NCBI RefSeq assembly: GCF_000341395.1
Contig: NC_020304.1
Coordinates: 1,110,001 to 1,142,000 of the forward strand
Direction: 5' to 3'
DNA length: 32,000 nt
DNA from: Desulfocapsa sulfexigens DSM 10523
GTDB taxonomy: Bacteria; Desulfobacterota; Desulfobulbia; Desulfobulbales; Desulfocapsaceae
Shown here: one piece after another, positions 18,424-29,124 of the stretch
Layout: each line of letters begins with the position of its first letter
Position numbering within the stretch: position 1 is the stretch's first letter
Program-made: the position numbers and the translations under genes
The notes under the pieces: generated by a model
The model's input: only the letters and a program-made list of their open reading frames with translations
Database searches by the model: none
Told to the model about the DNA's origin: nothing

Positions 18424-20559
18424 ATGAAAAAATTCTCTTTACATTTTTTTATTCTGACATTCTTTGCGCTTAGTTCCATATGTCATGGCACAGAGTCAGA
18501 GTTATCTCCTGTCAGGATTATAGTTATTGACAGCTACCACCCTGCATACCAATGGTCCCAGGATGTGAGCCATGGATTATGTGATGCACTCCTGGCTTTT
18601 GGATACCTTGACAATAAGGAGCAAGTTGAAGCGTTTAATAGCAAGGATTATGTTGAAAGTTCCAAGCTTGTTATCTCACGCTTCTGGATGGACACCAAAA
18701 GAAAATCAAGCAAAGAGGAACAGTTTAATACTGCCAAAGAATTCACTAAATTAATAAAGAGATTTAAGCCAGACCTGATTTTACTCGGGGATGATAATGC
18801 GACAAACTACGTTGGAAATCAATTTCTGGACACGGACATTCCAATTGTTTTCTGGGGGGTAAATAATACACCGGTAAAATATGGGCTGGTAGACTGCCTG
18901 GAGAAACCAGGGCATAATGTTACAGGTGTATACCAGAGAACATATTACAAAGAGAGCCTTGAGTTACTCAAAAAAATAGTTCCACATATCAAAACATTCG
19001 TCGTTCTTTCCGATGATACAACCACTGGTAGGATTCACAACAAGGCCATTGAGCATCTTGATCGCAAGGGAGATCTTCCTGTAAAGCTTGCAGGTGTCGT
19101 TGCCACTAATGACTATGAAGTATGGAAAAATAGGGCCCTGGAGTTACAAGATACTGTTGATGCATTCTTTATTGCTTCCTCAAACGGCTTAAAAGATACA
19201 AAGGGCACAGTAGTGAGCAACGAAGAAGTTGCGATATGGTATCTGAAGAACATTACCATTCCGGAAGCATCCGGATTTCGATACAGGACTGAAGCAGGCT
19301 GGCTGTGTTCTGCCGATGATTCCGGTTATAATCAGGGATATGAAGCTGTAAGTATTGCCCATGACATCCTGGCAATGGGTTTTCAGACCGCGTCCTATCC
19401 TCCACGAACCCCGAAGAGGGGGCCCCTTATGGTAAACAGGCAGCGGGCTCAGATGCTTGGTATAACGCTCACCAAGGAAATGGGTATTGAAGAATACATT
19501 GAAGAGGCCTCAGTGTTAAACAGCCCAAAAATTATTGCACAGGATAATAAGAAAATTCTTATTATTGATAGCTACCACAAGGAGTATGACTGGACGATCA
19601 GTATGACAGAAGGACTGAATTCAGGAATGCTCGAATTAGGTTTTTTTGACAACGAAGGGCAGGTGGCAGATTTTAACAGGAATGATGTTGTGAACACATC
19701 GAGATTTACGATCAAAAAATTGTGGCTGGATAGCAAGAGACATAGTTCTGATGGTGAAATTGAAGTGAAGAGCCTTGAGTTTTATAAACAGGCAAAACTG
19801 TTTAAACCCGACCTCATTTTTCTTAACGATGATAATGCTGCTAAATATCTCGGCCCAAAATTCCTGGATTCTTCTGTCCCTGTTATCTTCAGCGGTCTTA
19901 ACAATACCCCTGTAAAATATGGATTAGTTGACAATAAAGAAAAGCCTGGTCATAACGTTACAGGAGTCTATCAGAGTGGATACTTTTTGGAAGGCTTTGA
20001 TCTGTTGCAACGCATTGCTCCTGCAATCAAATCCTTTGCTATCCTGTCGGATGGATCAACCACATCAAGAAACTACACCAAGGCCATCGAACATCTCGTT
20101 CAGAAAAAAGATCTCTCCTTAAATCTTATTGAGACAGTGGTCACCAGTGATTATGCAACTTGGCAGTCCAGGGCTCTTGAACTCCAGGAAAAAGCAGATG
20201 CATTTTTTTTATCACATTTTTCTTCGCTTCGGGATAAAGCCGGCAAGAATGTTTCAACAGATGAGGTCGTTAAATGGTATATGACGAACATTACTATTCC
20301 CGAAACCGTGGGACCTGGTTTTTCCATAGAGAAAGGTTTTCTCTGTGCAGTTTTGGATTCTGGCTATAACCAGGCATATCTGGCCGCGCATATTGCTTTT
20401 GATGTACTTGTCGATGGCCTTGACCCAGCGACCTATAAACCCCGGACACCCGAGCGAGGACCCAAAATAGCCAACCGGAAGCGAGCTGAAATTCTTGGGA
20501 TTATGCTTACTGATGAAATGGGTATTGATCGAATTTATGAAACCTCTGTATTGGATTGA
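18424..20559 (+). CDS. Exported tandem double-domain solute-binding protein (ABC_sub_bind/TrpX-like)
   Basis: Signal peptide, then two homologous halves: IIVIDSYHPAYQWSQDVSHGL...PVKYGLVDCLEKPGHNVTGVYQ...PPRTPKRGP and ILIIDSYHKEYDWTISMTEGL...PVKYGLVDNKEKPGHNVTGVYQ...KPRTPERGP. Confidence 0.85.
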   Translation: MKKFSLHFFILTFFALSSICHGTESELSPVRIIVIDSYHPAYQWSQDVSHGLCDALLAFGYLDNKEQVEAFNSKDYVESSKLVISRFWMDTKRKSSKEEQFNTAKEFTKLIKRFKPDLILLGDDNATNYVGNQFLDTDIPIVFWGVNNTPVKYGLVDCLEKPGHNVTGVYQRTYYKESLELLKKIVPHIKTFVVLSDDTTTGRIHNKAIEHLDRKGDLPVKLAGVVATNDYEVWKNRALELQDTVDAFFIASSNGLKDTKGTVVSNEEVAIWYLKNITIPEASGFRYRTEAGWLCSADDSGYNQGYEAVSIAHDILAMGFQTASYPPRTPKRGPLMVNRQRAQMLGITLTKEMGIEEYIEEASVLNSPKIIAQDNKKILIIDSYHKEYDWTISMTEGLNSGMLELGFFDNEGQVADFNRNDVVNTSRFTIKKLWLDSKRHSSDGEIEVKSLEFYKQAKLFKPDLIFLNDDNAAKYLGPKFLDSSVPVIFSGLNNTPVKYGLVDNKEKPGHNVTGVYQSGYFLEGFDLLQRIAPAIKSFAILSDGSTTSRNYTKAIEHLVQKKDLSLNLIETVVTSDYATWQSRALELQEKADAFFLSHFSSLRDKAGKNVSTDEVVKWYMTNITIPETVGPGFSIEKGFLCAVLDSGYNQAYLAAHIAFDVLVDGLDPATYKPRTPERGPKIANRKRAEILGIMLTDEMGIDRIYETSVLD

Positions 20560-20564
20560 CGGGA

Positions 20565-23171
20565 ATGCTCGAAACAAAAAAATACGGTTTATCAATCTCG
20601 CACCGACTTCTTATTGCATTTCTTTCAATATTTATCATTGGCTGCAGTGCTTTAACAATCACCTACTATCTCTTCAGCCGCAATTCCATTTCCCGCTATG
20701 CCAATGAAGCAGTCATTCGGGAATTAGAGTCCATCAACGACACCTTCCGCAACACAATCCAGAAAACATTGATCCGTGAGCTAAGACTCCTATCGGCAAA
20801 CCCTCTACTTGATGAGTTTCTCATTTCCTCTGAAAGTACTCGGGATATCAATGCACGGGCACTTGAAAGGCTTTTTTTACAAGAAATTAAATATGTTAAA
20901 GAAATAGAAAAAATTCGCTTTGTTGATAGCCGGGGAATGGAAAGAGTTGCAGTGAGTAAGCAAGGACGAATCAGGGAATATCGATCTTTACGGGAAGAAC
21001 CTTTCTTTTTGGAGATTGAAGCATCCCCACCCGGGAGCATAACTCAAACCAATCTCTTTCCTGACTCCAACGACAACAAACTTTTTTCAATCGCTATTCA
21101 TAAAACGGACCCGGATATTGGCGAATTTGGTGGAGCAATCATAGTTGATTACAATTTGGCAGAGTTCTTCGCTTTTGCCAAAAAAATAATGATTTTTGAG
21201 GAAAATCCTGTCTGGATTTTTTCCCCATCAGGTTTGGTCCTCACCAAACCATCCAATCCGCTACAGCTCGACCCACGTCCCTTCACAAACCATGCTTCTT
21301 CCAAGAACATCACTATTTATGGTCTTCATGGTGGTCTCGTTGCCACCAGTGACCTGGCAATCATAAATGACTCTCCACTGATGCAAGTGTGTATCAGTAT
21401 ACCTGAGAAGCTCCTTTATCAGGACATTCAACAGGTTCTCCGTTTTCTGGCTATTGTTTTTGCTGTTTCCCTTTTCCTCCTTGTTATTGCCGTCTTTTTT
21501 GTATCCAGATATCTCTCCTCTCCCCTGATCATGTTGGCTAATGCAGTCCAGAAACTTGCCAAGGAAAGTTTTTCAAAAAAAATTGATATTCATGCTACGG
21601 GCGAAGTTGGTTTTCTTGTCGATAGTTTCAACAACATGGCAAATGATCTGAGAAAAACAACCGTTTCAAAGGAATATGTGGACAGGATATTTCAGGCAAT
21701 GACCAATTCACTCATCGTTCTGGACTCAGAGGGATTCATAGAATCGGTAAATAGTGCAACATTATCGCTGTTGGGTTACGAGACAAACGAACTCATTGGC
21801 CAACCATTCTCAATTATCACCACAGGTACATTTTTTACTGAAATACATAAATTGGCCACTATCAACAAACAAGAAACGTCATACTTTGCAAAAAATGGTC
21901 ATGAATTTCCCATGCTGTTTTCATCAAGTAAAATGTACACCAACCAAGGGCAATTCCAGGCTTTTGTCTGCCAGGCTATTGACCTTTCTGACAAAAAACA
22001 GGCCGAACAGGAAAAAAAGCTACTTGAAGTCCAACTCCGTCAGTCCCATAAAATGGAGGCGATAGGCACACTCGCTGGCGGGATAGCCCATGATTTTAAC
22101 AATATTCTTATGGGAATCATCGGGTACGCCGAGCTTGCAGAACTCAGTAACGTTCAGGGAAAGCCAGCTGTTGAAGAAATACGGGGGATAATAAAGGGCG
22201 GAATGCGAGCCCGGGATCTAGTGCAACAGATCCTTTCATTCAGCCGTAAAGATGAACATAAAGTTGGACCACTTATTCCATCCCCCATCGTCAAAGAAGC
22301 TTTGAAGCTGCTCCGCTCGACAATTCCCAGCAGTATTGAAATCAGGGAAGAAATTGATTCAGAAATTGGTGCAGTTTTAGCCGATCCGATGAAAATCCAT
22401 CAAGTCGTGATGAATTTATGTACGAATGCTGTCCAGGCAATGGAAACAGGTAAAGGAACAATTACGATCATTCTGAGACAGCTTGAATTGAATGAAGAAG
22501 AGTTACTTGGTGAACCGGATGCTCAACCTGGCCTATATGTTGAACTCTCTGTAAATGACACAGGTAAAGGCATTGATCCTGCCATACAGGAACGCATTTT
22601 TGACCCCTTTTTTACTACAAAAAATGTGGGCAGCGGCACGGGTATGGGATTAGCTGTTGTGCATGGTATCGTCAAGGAATATGGTGGCTTGATTCGTATT
22701 ACAAGCAATCCTGAAACTGGCACCTCTTTCCATGTATATATTCCTGTTATTGATGATGAGGAAGGACCTCCAGTTGAAGATACAAAAACGGATCTGCCCG
22801 GTGGGTCTGAACGAATTTTAATCGTCGATGATGAAATGATCGTTCTGGAGATTATGCAAAAGCGTTTAGAATACCTGGGCTATGAGGTGACCGCCTGCAA
22901 TAATGGCCTTGATGCTGTCAGAATGCTGGAAGAAAAGCCAAATGCTTTCGATCTTATTATTACGGACCAGACAATGCCGCACATGCTCGGCACAGAGATG
23001 GTGAGCAAAATGCTTACAATCAGACCAGAAATACCTGTAATTTTATGTTCTGGTTACAGTACCTCTGTTTCCGAGGAAACCAGTAAAAACCTCGGCATTA
23101 AGCTCTATCTTCAAAAACCTGTCGAATTCGAAGTGCTCTCTAAAAGCATTCGCTCTGTTCTCCATTCCTAA
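20565..23171 (+). CDS. Membrane hybrid histidine kinase (periplasmic sensor, HAMP, PAS, HisKA/HATPase, receiver)
   Basis: TM segments, HAMP-like region, PAS (MTNSLIVLDSEGFIESVN), H-box AIGTLAGGIAHDFNNILMGIIG, GSGTGMGLAVVHGIVKEYGG, receiver RILIVDDEMIVLEIM...LIITDQTMPHMLG...YLQKP. The track start is TTG at 20556; ATG at 20565 is more likely. Confidence 0.95.
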   Translation: MLETKKYGLSISHRLLIAFLSIFIIGCSALTITYYLFSRNSISRYANEAVIRELESINDTFRNTIQKTLIRELRLLSANPLLDEFLISSESTRDINARALERLFLQEIKYVKEIEKIRFVDSRGMERVAVSKQGRIREYRSLREEPFFLEIEASPPGSITQTNLFPDSNDNKLFSIAIHKTDPDIGEFGGAIIVDYNLAEFFAFAKKIMIFEENPVWIFSPSGLVLTKPSNPLQLDPRPFTNHASSKNITIYGLHGGLVATSDLAIINDSPLMQVCISIPEKLLYQDIQQVLRFLAIVFAVSLFLLVIAVFFVSRYLSSPLIMLANAVQKLAKESFSKKIDIHATGEVGFLVDSFNNMANDLRKTTVSKEYVDRIFQAMTNSLIVLDSEGFIESVNSATLSLLGYETNELIGQPFSIITTGTFFTEIHKLATINKQETSYFAKNGHEFPMLFSSSKMYTNQGQFQAFVCQAIDLSDKKQAEQEKKLLEVQLRQSHKMEAIGTLAGGIAHDFNNILMGIIGYAELAELSNVQGKPAVEEIRGIIKGGMRARDLVQQILSFSRKDEHKVGPLIPSPIVKEALKLLRSTIPSSIEIREEIDSEIGAVLADPMKIHQVVMNLCTNAVQAMETGKGTITIILRQLELNEEELLGEPDAQPGLYVELSVNDTGKGIDPAIQERIFDPFFTTKNVGSGTGMGLAVVHGIVKEYGGLIRITSNPETGTSFHVYIPVIDDEEGPPVEDTKTDLPGGSERILIVDDEMIVLEIMQKRLEYLGYEVTACNNGLDAVRMLEEKPNAFDLIITDQTMPHMLGTEMVSKMLTIRPEIPVILCSGYSTSVSEETSKNLGIKLYLQKPVEFEVLSKSIRSVLHS

Positions 23172-23231
23172 GTACTCACCTGACTGGCTTTGATCTTTCT
23201 TAATTCCCCCTAAAAGGAATAAACATGATCA

Positions 23232-25136
23232 TCACTGAAGAATTTGTTCTGGAACATTTTTTACGTCCGCTTTGGGAAAGAAAACGTCAAAAACACTTCC
23301 TCTTCCTTTTTGGCTTTCAACCTGTATGAAACCATCATGATCTTTGACAATACCATGAACCACAACCAAACCCATTCCTGACCCTTTACCGATTTCTCTG
23401 GTCGTGAAATAGGGATCAAATATTCTACCGATAAGCTCTTGAGGAATACCTGTTCCCGTGTCGCTGACTGAGAGTTTGATGTACATACCAGGAGGATGCG
23501 GCACAGGCTCATTTTTCAAATCTTCTTGTGTCAACTCGACTGTATGAAGAGCTATTTTAAGCGTCCCCTCTTCTCCCTGCATCGCATCTGAGGCATTGGA
23601 GCAAATATTCATCATCAGCTGATGAATCGCCATTGAATCGCCAATAATCTGTCCACAATTTTCGTCAATATCAGAAGTAATCTCAACGGTTCTTGGAATA
23701 ACAGAACGTTGAAATATAATCTCTTTTTCTACAAGGGAAACAATGTCAATCGGGACATGATCTTGAAGAAATCGAGACATACGACTATACGTAAGAATCT
23801 GATGCGTAAGTTCTTTTGCACGGAGACCCGCAATGAGAATTTGCTCAATGTGTGCTTTCGCAGGGCTTGAAGCTGGTATATCATCCTGCGCTAACTCAGC
23901 ATACCCGATAACCGTTGCCAGAATATTGTTAAAATCATGTGCAATACCGCCTGCCATTGTACCAATAGCTTCCATTTTATAGGTTTGTTTTAGGCGTACT
24001 TCCATTTCTCTACGTGCAGTGATATCACGGGCAATCCCTATTACTCCAACAAGTGAGCCGTTACTATCGTACATAGGCGTTTTAATCGTTTCCAGAAGTT
24101 CTCTGTGGCCGTCATCTGCAAAGGTTATTTCCTCTTCGTTTACACTGGGTCCGCCTACAGCCATAGCTGCCTTGTCTTTTTCCCGAAAAAAATCAGCCAA
24201 CTCCCTGCTGACAAAGTCATAATCCGTTTTCCCTACAATCTCAGATTCTTTTGCTCCAAAAAAACGTTCAAACTTCGGATTACAGGCCAGATAAACACCA
24301 TCGGGATCCTTCAGCCAAACGAGATCTGGCAATGTCTCAATCAGCGTACGGAGATGGGTTGAACTTTTCTGTAGTGCCTGCTGAGCTGTTTCTGTCTGTT
24401 TTTTCTGAGAAATAATGGTATCGAGCATCTTATTAAGCGTTTGGCCAAGTTGCCCGATTTCGTCATAGCGTGTAAAAGATATACGTTCCTCTTCATGTCC
24501 TTTAGCAATTTTACTTGATACCCTGACCAGGTGTTGTATGCCGGAGGTAAGTCCTCTAGCCATTATCAAGGCAAAGATGGACCCGACAACAATTGCAAAA
24601 AGAGTATAATAAATGCCATCCCGAGTTATAACCTGTAGCCCGTCATTTATTTTTTTCTGCGAAATAGCAACCCTCGCCCAGCCGATAAGCTGCTCATTGG
24701 CAAATATTGGACTGCCGATATCAACAAGTGCTTTATCAGTTATCAAGAACTGAGAAGACGGAGCGGCATCAATAAGAGTACAACTGATGGGATCTTCAAT
24801 ATAGAGACCTACCTTTGAGCGATCACTATGACCAAGTACCCTGCCGTCAGGTGAGAGAATCATAGCATAAAGGAGATCAGGAAATTGTGATTGGGAGTTA
24901 ACCACCTCTTCAAGGCCGATGACATCATTTGCCAGAATCCAGGAAACAGCATTGCTGGCAAGTGTTTGAGACAGGCTGAGTGTGTTACTTATACTTTGCT
25001 CATGCAAAAAAGTTCTCTGCCTGCTCACCAGATCGTACACGAAAATAGTCATAAGAACGGCATGTACCAGTGCTATCCCTAACAGTAATTGTCTTCGTAT
25101 TGAGCGATTCCATATTTTGCCTACCAGGTTGGACAT
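23232..25136 (-). CDS. Membrane sensor histidine kinase (HAMP, PAS, HisKA/HATPase, no receiver)
   Basis: TM-periplasmic-TM, HAMP, PAS (LRTLIETLPDLVWLKDPDGVYLACN), H-box AIGTMAGGIAHDFNNILATVIG, GKGSGMGLVVVHGIVKDHDG. Confidence 0.94.
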   Translation of the reverse strand: MSNLVGKIWNRSIRRQLLLGIALVHAVLMTIFVYDLVSRQRTFLHEQSISNTLSLSQTLASNAVSWILANDVIGLEEVVNSQSQFPDLLYAMILSPDGRVLGHSDRSKVGLYIEDPISCTLIDAAPSSQFLITDKALVDIGSPIFANEQLIGWARVAISQKKINDGLQVITRDGIYYTLFAIVVGSIFALIMARGLTSGIQHLVRVSSKIAKGHEEERISFTRYDEIGQLGQTLNKMLDTIISQKKQTETAQQALQKSSTHLRTLIETLPDLVWLKDPDGVYLACNPKFERFFGAKESEIVGKTDYDFVSRELADFFREKDKAAMAVGGPSVNEEEITFADDGHRELLETIKTPMYDSNGSLVGVIGIARDITARREMEVRLKQTYKMEAIGTMAGGIAHDFNNILATVIGYAELAQDDIPASSPAKAHIEQILIAGLRAKELTHQILTYSRMSRFLQDHVPIDIVSLVEKEIIFQRSVIPRTVEITSDIDENCGQIIGDSMAIHQLMMNICSNASDAMQGEEGTLKIALHTVELTQEDLKNEPVPHPPGMYIKLSVSDTGTGIPQELIGRIFDPYFTTREIGKGSGMGLVVVHGIVKDHDGFIQVESQKGRGSVFDVFFPKADVKNVPEQILQ

Positions 25137-25151
25137 ATTATTTCTCTTTAC

Positions 25152-26087
25152 TCAGTGTTCAATGGGGCGAACTTTCCTGTTGAAATCATGAAGAAATTCT
25201 ACGACTGGGGCATATGTTTCATTATCAGCCTGCTCAAATCGTGAAAGTTCCATCCGGCTCAACCATTTCCTGCCCTGTTCATGGGTATGAAGAGAAAACA
25301 ATATGCTGGCAACCTGATTGACTATTTCCTCAGGAACATCATTTCGAACAACCAACCCGTTATTTGGCAGGGGGGATGTTGACCATTTCACAACAAGTGC
25401 TTCAGCCAACTCTGGCCTCTCCTTTGAGAAGGCTTTCCATGGCGGTGGCCAGGTAGAACCTGCAGCAACATTGCCCAGGTAGACATTCATAATAGATGAC
25501 TCCTGAGATCCCACGTATTGAATATCAATGTCATTCATGACATCAATACCATGCGTTTGCATAAAAAATTGAGGCATCATTGTTGCCGCCAGAGCAGTTG
25601 GGGCCGGGAAGCTGACGGCCTTGCCTTTCAGATCAGTTACTTCGGAAATTTCTGAATCCTTCCGGGTAAGGATAATTCCACGAAAATTTTCATCATCTCC
25701 CATTTTTCCAAAGACTGTATACCCATGTTTGAGCGAGTTCACAGTTTGATAGGGATTTGGCAGGCCAAAATGAAAGTGTCCAGCATAGAGCTTTTCATTA
25801 TAGGCAGCATAATTACGGGAGGCTTCAACCGTAAATGTAGCGCCAGGGATTTGTTACGTTAGATAATCTGTGATAGGAGAAAAAATTTCGTGCAATCTTT
25901 TGGGATTATGGAGTGGATGTACCCCAAGGATATATTCATTTATGACTCGTGGCGGCTGCTTACTGAAACTTGGAGAATATTCATTTTGTGGATTATTGTT
26001 GCAGCCAGTTATCAGAAGCGTCAATATTCCTATGACGAAGAACAAAAAGGAGTTTCCAGGCATAACGCCAGTTAGGTTGAACCGCAT
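25152..26087 (-). pseudogene. PhnD-like (phosphate/phosphonate-type) solute-binding lipoprotein interrupted by an in-frame TAA
   Basis: Track ORFs 25854..26087 (lipobox LLITGC, ...YILGVHPLHNPKRLHEIFSPITDYLT*) and 25152..25742 share one frame. The intervening 111 nt read through as QIPGATFTVEASRNYAAYNEKLYAGHFHFGLPNPYQTV, then NSLKHGYTVFGKMGDDENFRGIILTRKDSEI.... The only interruption is TAA at 25854-25856 (complement). Confidence 0.85.
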
Positions 26088-26105
26088 GAGCTCCTCTACT
26101 ATACC

Positions 26106-28865
26106 TTACAGGATTTGTTTCTTTGCCTTTTTGTCCAGTACTTCCCTGACTGCTATTGCCAAATCCTTCTTAAGGAGTGGTTTCATTAAATATTGGCAGA
26201 TCCCTGCATCTTTAGCTTTTTTCTCGTTAATCAACTCACTAAAACCAGTACACAGAATTACTGGCATATCTGACCTGAGAGCAAGAACTTCTCTTGTTAA
26301 CTGCAAACCGGTAATTCCTGGCATAGTCATGTCGGTAATGATCAAGTCAAAAGCATTGGGATGTGAACGGAACTCATTGAGGGCCTCCTCACAACGATTA
26401 AAGGCACTGACCTGATATCCAAAACTTTTAAGCATTTGTTCTTCCATTTTCACTATGGCTTCATCATCGTCTACTATTAAAACATGCTCATCACCAGAGG
26501 GCAGTTGTCTGGTTATAGCAGCTTGCAATACCTTTTTAGCTTCTGTATCAACCATTGGGATATAAACACGGAAGGTCGTTCCCTCTCCCAGAGAACTATA
26601 GACGGTGATATCACCATGAAGACTTTTAACAATACCATGCACCACAGATAATCCTAAACCTGTTCCTTCTTTTTTGCCCTTTGTCGTGTAATAGGGGTCA
26701 AATATTTTTTCGAGAACCATTTTATCCATGCCACACCCAGTATCACTCACTTCAAACTTCACATATATACCTGCGGTGAGATGCATTTTAGTCGTCAAGT
26801 CATCTGAACCAAGCTCAACTGGAGTCACACTTACCCCTAATACTCCCCCCGTCTCACGCATGGCATGGTAGGCATTGGTGCAAAGATTCATGATTATTTG
26901 ATGAATTTGTGTAGGGTCGGCCAACACAGCGCCACACTCAGGATCAATATTTTCTTTAACTTCTATGGTGCTTGGAATGGAGGAGCGCAACAATTTAAGC
27001 GCCTCTTTGACAAGTAATTGGGGCCTCAATGGTTGAAGTTCCTGTTCTGCCTGACGGCTGAAGGAAAGAATTTGTTTGACTAACTCCTTGGCACGGTTCC
27101 CTGCATTCAGTACCTGCTGGAGATCAGAAGCAGCCCGACTATCCGGGGCCAAATCCCCAATAGTGATTTCAGTATAACCTATAATGGCTGTAAGAATGTT
27201 ATTAAAGTCGTGTGCAATTCCACCGGCCAGTGTACCGATTGCTTCCATCTTTTGCGTCTGTCGTAATTGTGCTTCCAGTGTTCTCCTTTGCTCTATGTTA
27301 TGACGTTGGACTATAATTTTTTGTAACTCGTTTGCTACTATCTGAAGCGTTTTCACATCGCTTTCATCATAATTCTGGGACTTATTCCCAACACCAAAGA
27401 CCAATCGAACCTGATCCTCTTCCAGTACAGGAACACTCATATGTCGGGTCAAATGAGAATGCCCCTCGGGATATCCTTTTTTGTCAGGATGACTCTGATA
27501 GGTATTATGGATAACCAGTTTTTTCTGGCGGATACTGTCTGCCCAAATACCGCCCTTTACAATAGGGTGATGGTTGTCAGGTACAGTGGTACACTCCTTG
27601 AGAGCTTCCTTATTCCACAGGGTGAGCGTAATAGTCTGCTGATCCTCATTGATTACGTGCAAATACCCAATTTTACTGTCCGTGAGTTTTACTGCCTCAT
27701 CCATCACATATTCATACACTTCACTGTCATTCAGCACATTGGACTTCAGATACAGATCAAGGAGAAACTGTGAGCGAGCCGTTTCCCGTTTTAATAATTC
27801 CTCCGATTGATCCCAGCTGCCCATCTTTCCAAGATGCTGTGCCTCTTTAAGCCCATTCTCGCTTTTCAGTAATGCTTTTTCTTTTTTCTTTCGCTCCCCT
27901 ATCTCCTTCTGAAGAAGTGTGTTCGCTTCTATTAATTTTTTCGTCCGTTCGTCGATAATGTGTTCCTGCTCTCTGTTAAGTTTCTGTATGGTATTGAAGC
28001 GCCATAGTAAAAGAGAGACAGTAATAGTTACGAGTAAAACCGCACTGGCAACGGTCAGTCTTCTGATACTCAGAAAGGGTTCAGGCTCGCCATACCATTT
28101 CCCATAAATCTTCTTATACTCTGGTGAACGAAGGAATTCATTTACAGCCGGGTTCAACCTGGCAAGAAGCTTATCACCTTTGCGCACCCTGATAGCCCGC
28201 TTTATTTCAGCAAGGTTCTCACCAACTATTTTTATATTGCCATCTATTCCTGCATCCCTGGCTAATTTCAGCGCTACTGGTTTAGGATAAATAAATGCAT
28301 CCACTTTTCCGGCCAACAGATCAAAAAAAGCGGTTGAAATTTCATTATAAACCACTCCCGTTATATTTTTTTTGCCCATCAACTATCTTTTTCCCAACAT
28401 TTAAGGGTAATACTGCAACTTTTCGTCCTTTAAGATCGGCCAAACTCTTAATATCATCAGTTGCCTCCCTTACGAAAATAACAACAGCAAAAGTTTCCAC
28501 CGGTATTGTAAAATCTGAGTCGATTAAACGCTTGACCGTAATACCTGAATTAGGAATAAGATCTGCTGTTCCATTGAGCAATGCATTGGATGCATCAACC
28601 CAGCTCTTCTCAGCACGGTAAACAACCTTGAGATTGGCAAGCCGGGCCACCTGAGCCAATACATCAATAGCAAATCCTGCAGGTTTCCCCTTTTCATCCA
28701 AAAAGCATTGCGGTGGAAAATTCTCAGGAAAGACTGCAACAACTTCATTGTACTCTTTGGGGTGATTCTGGTTCGCGTTGGCAGAAATTATTGGAAGAAA
28801 AAAGAGAAAAGAGAAGAGAAGGCACCAGGAAGAAATGAAGAATAAAAGATTACGATTTACCATAG
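26106..28865 (-). pseudogene. Periplasmic SBP_bac_3-domain hybrid histidine kinase (SBP, TM, GAF, HisKA/HATPase, receiver) with an apparent frameshift at an A8 tract
   Basis: Frame 1 (track 28345..28980) gives signal peptide + SBP N-lobe ending PLNVGKKIVDGQKKYNGSGL*. Frame 2 (26106..28382) resumes as ..GKKNITGVVYNEISTAFFDLLAGKVDAFIYPKPVALKLA..., then TM, GAF, H-box AIGTLAGGIAHDFNNILTAIIG, receiver. Start taken near the MVNRNLLFF signal peptide (about 28865); the track start is 28980. Confidence 0.82.
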
Positions 28866-29124
28866 GCATGCCCGATGAAGTTTCAAAACTGGTCATGAGA
28901 GCAACAAATTTCACAATGTCATGTATTAATGCTCTCATAAAAAAGTAGACCCCGTCAAGAAGATAATGGCGCAGGAGCAAACCGATCTGTCAAGGCAATT
29001 TCGAAGCTGAGATACCTGTTTCGGCCCTGTTTGACAATACTTTCAAGCCTATGATAGACTCAAATGATCTAAGCATGGTTACTATGAAGTAAATTGCCAA
29101 CTCTCCATTGCTGTTTTTGGGTTT

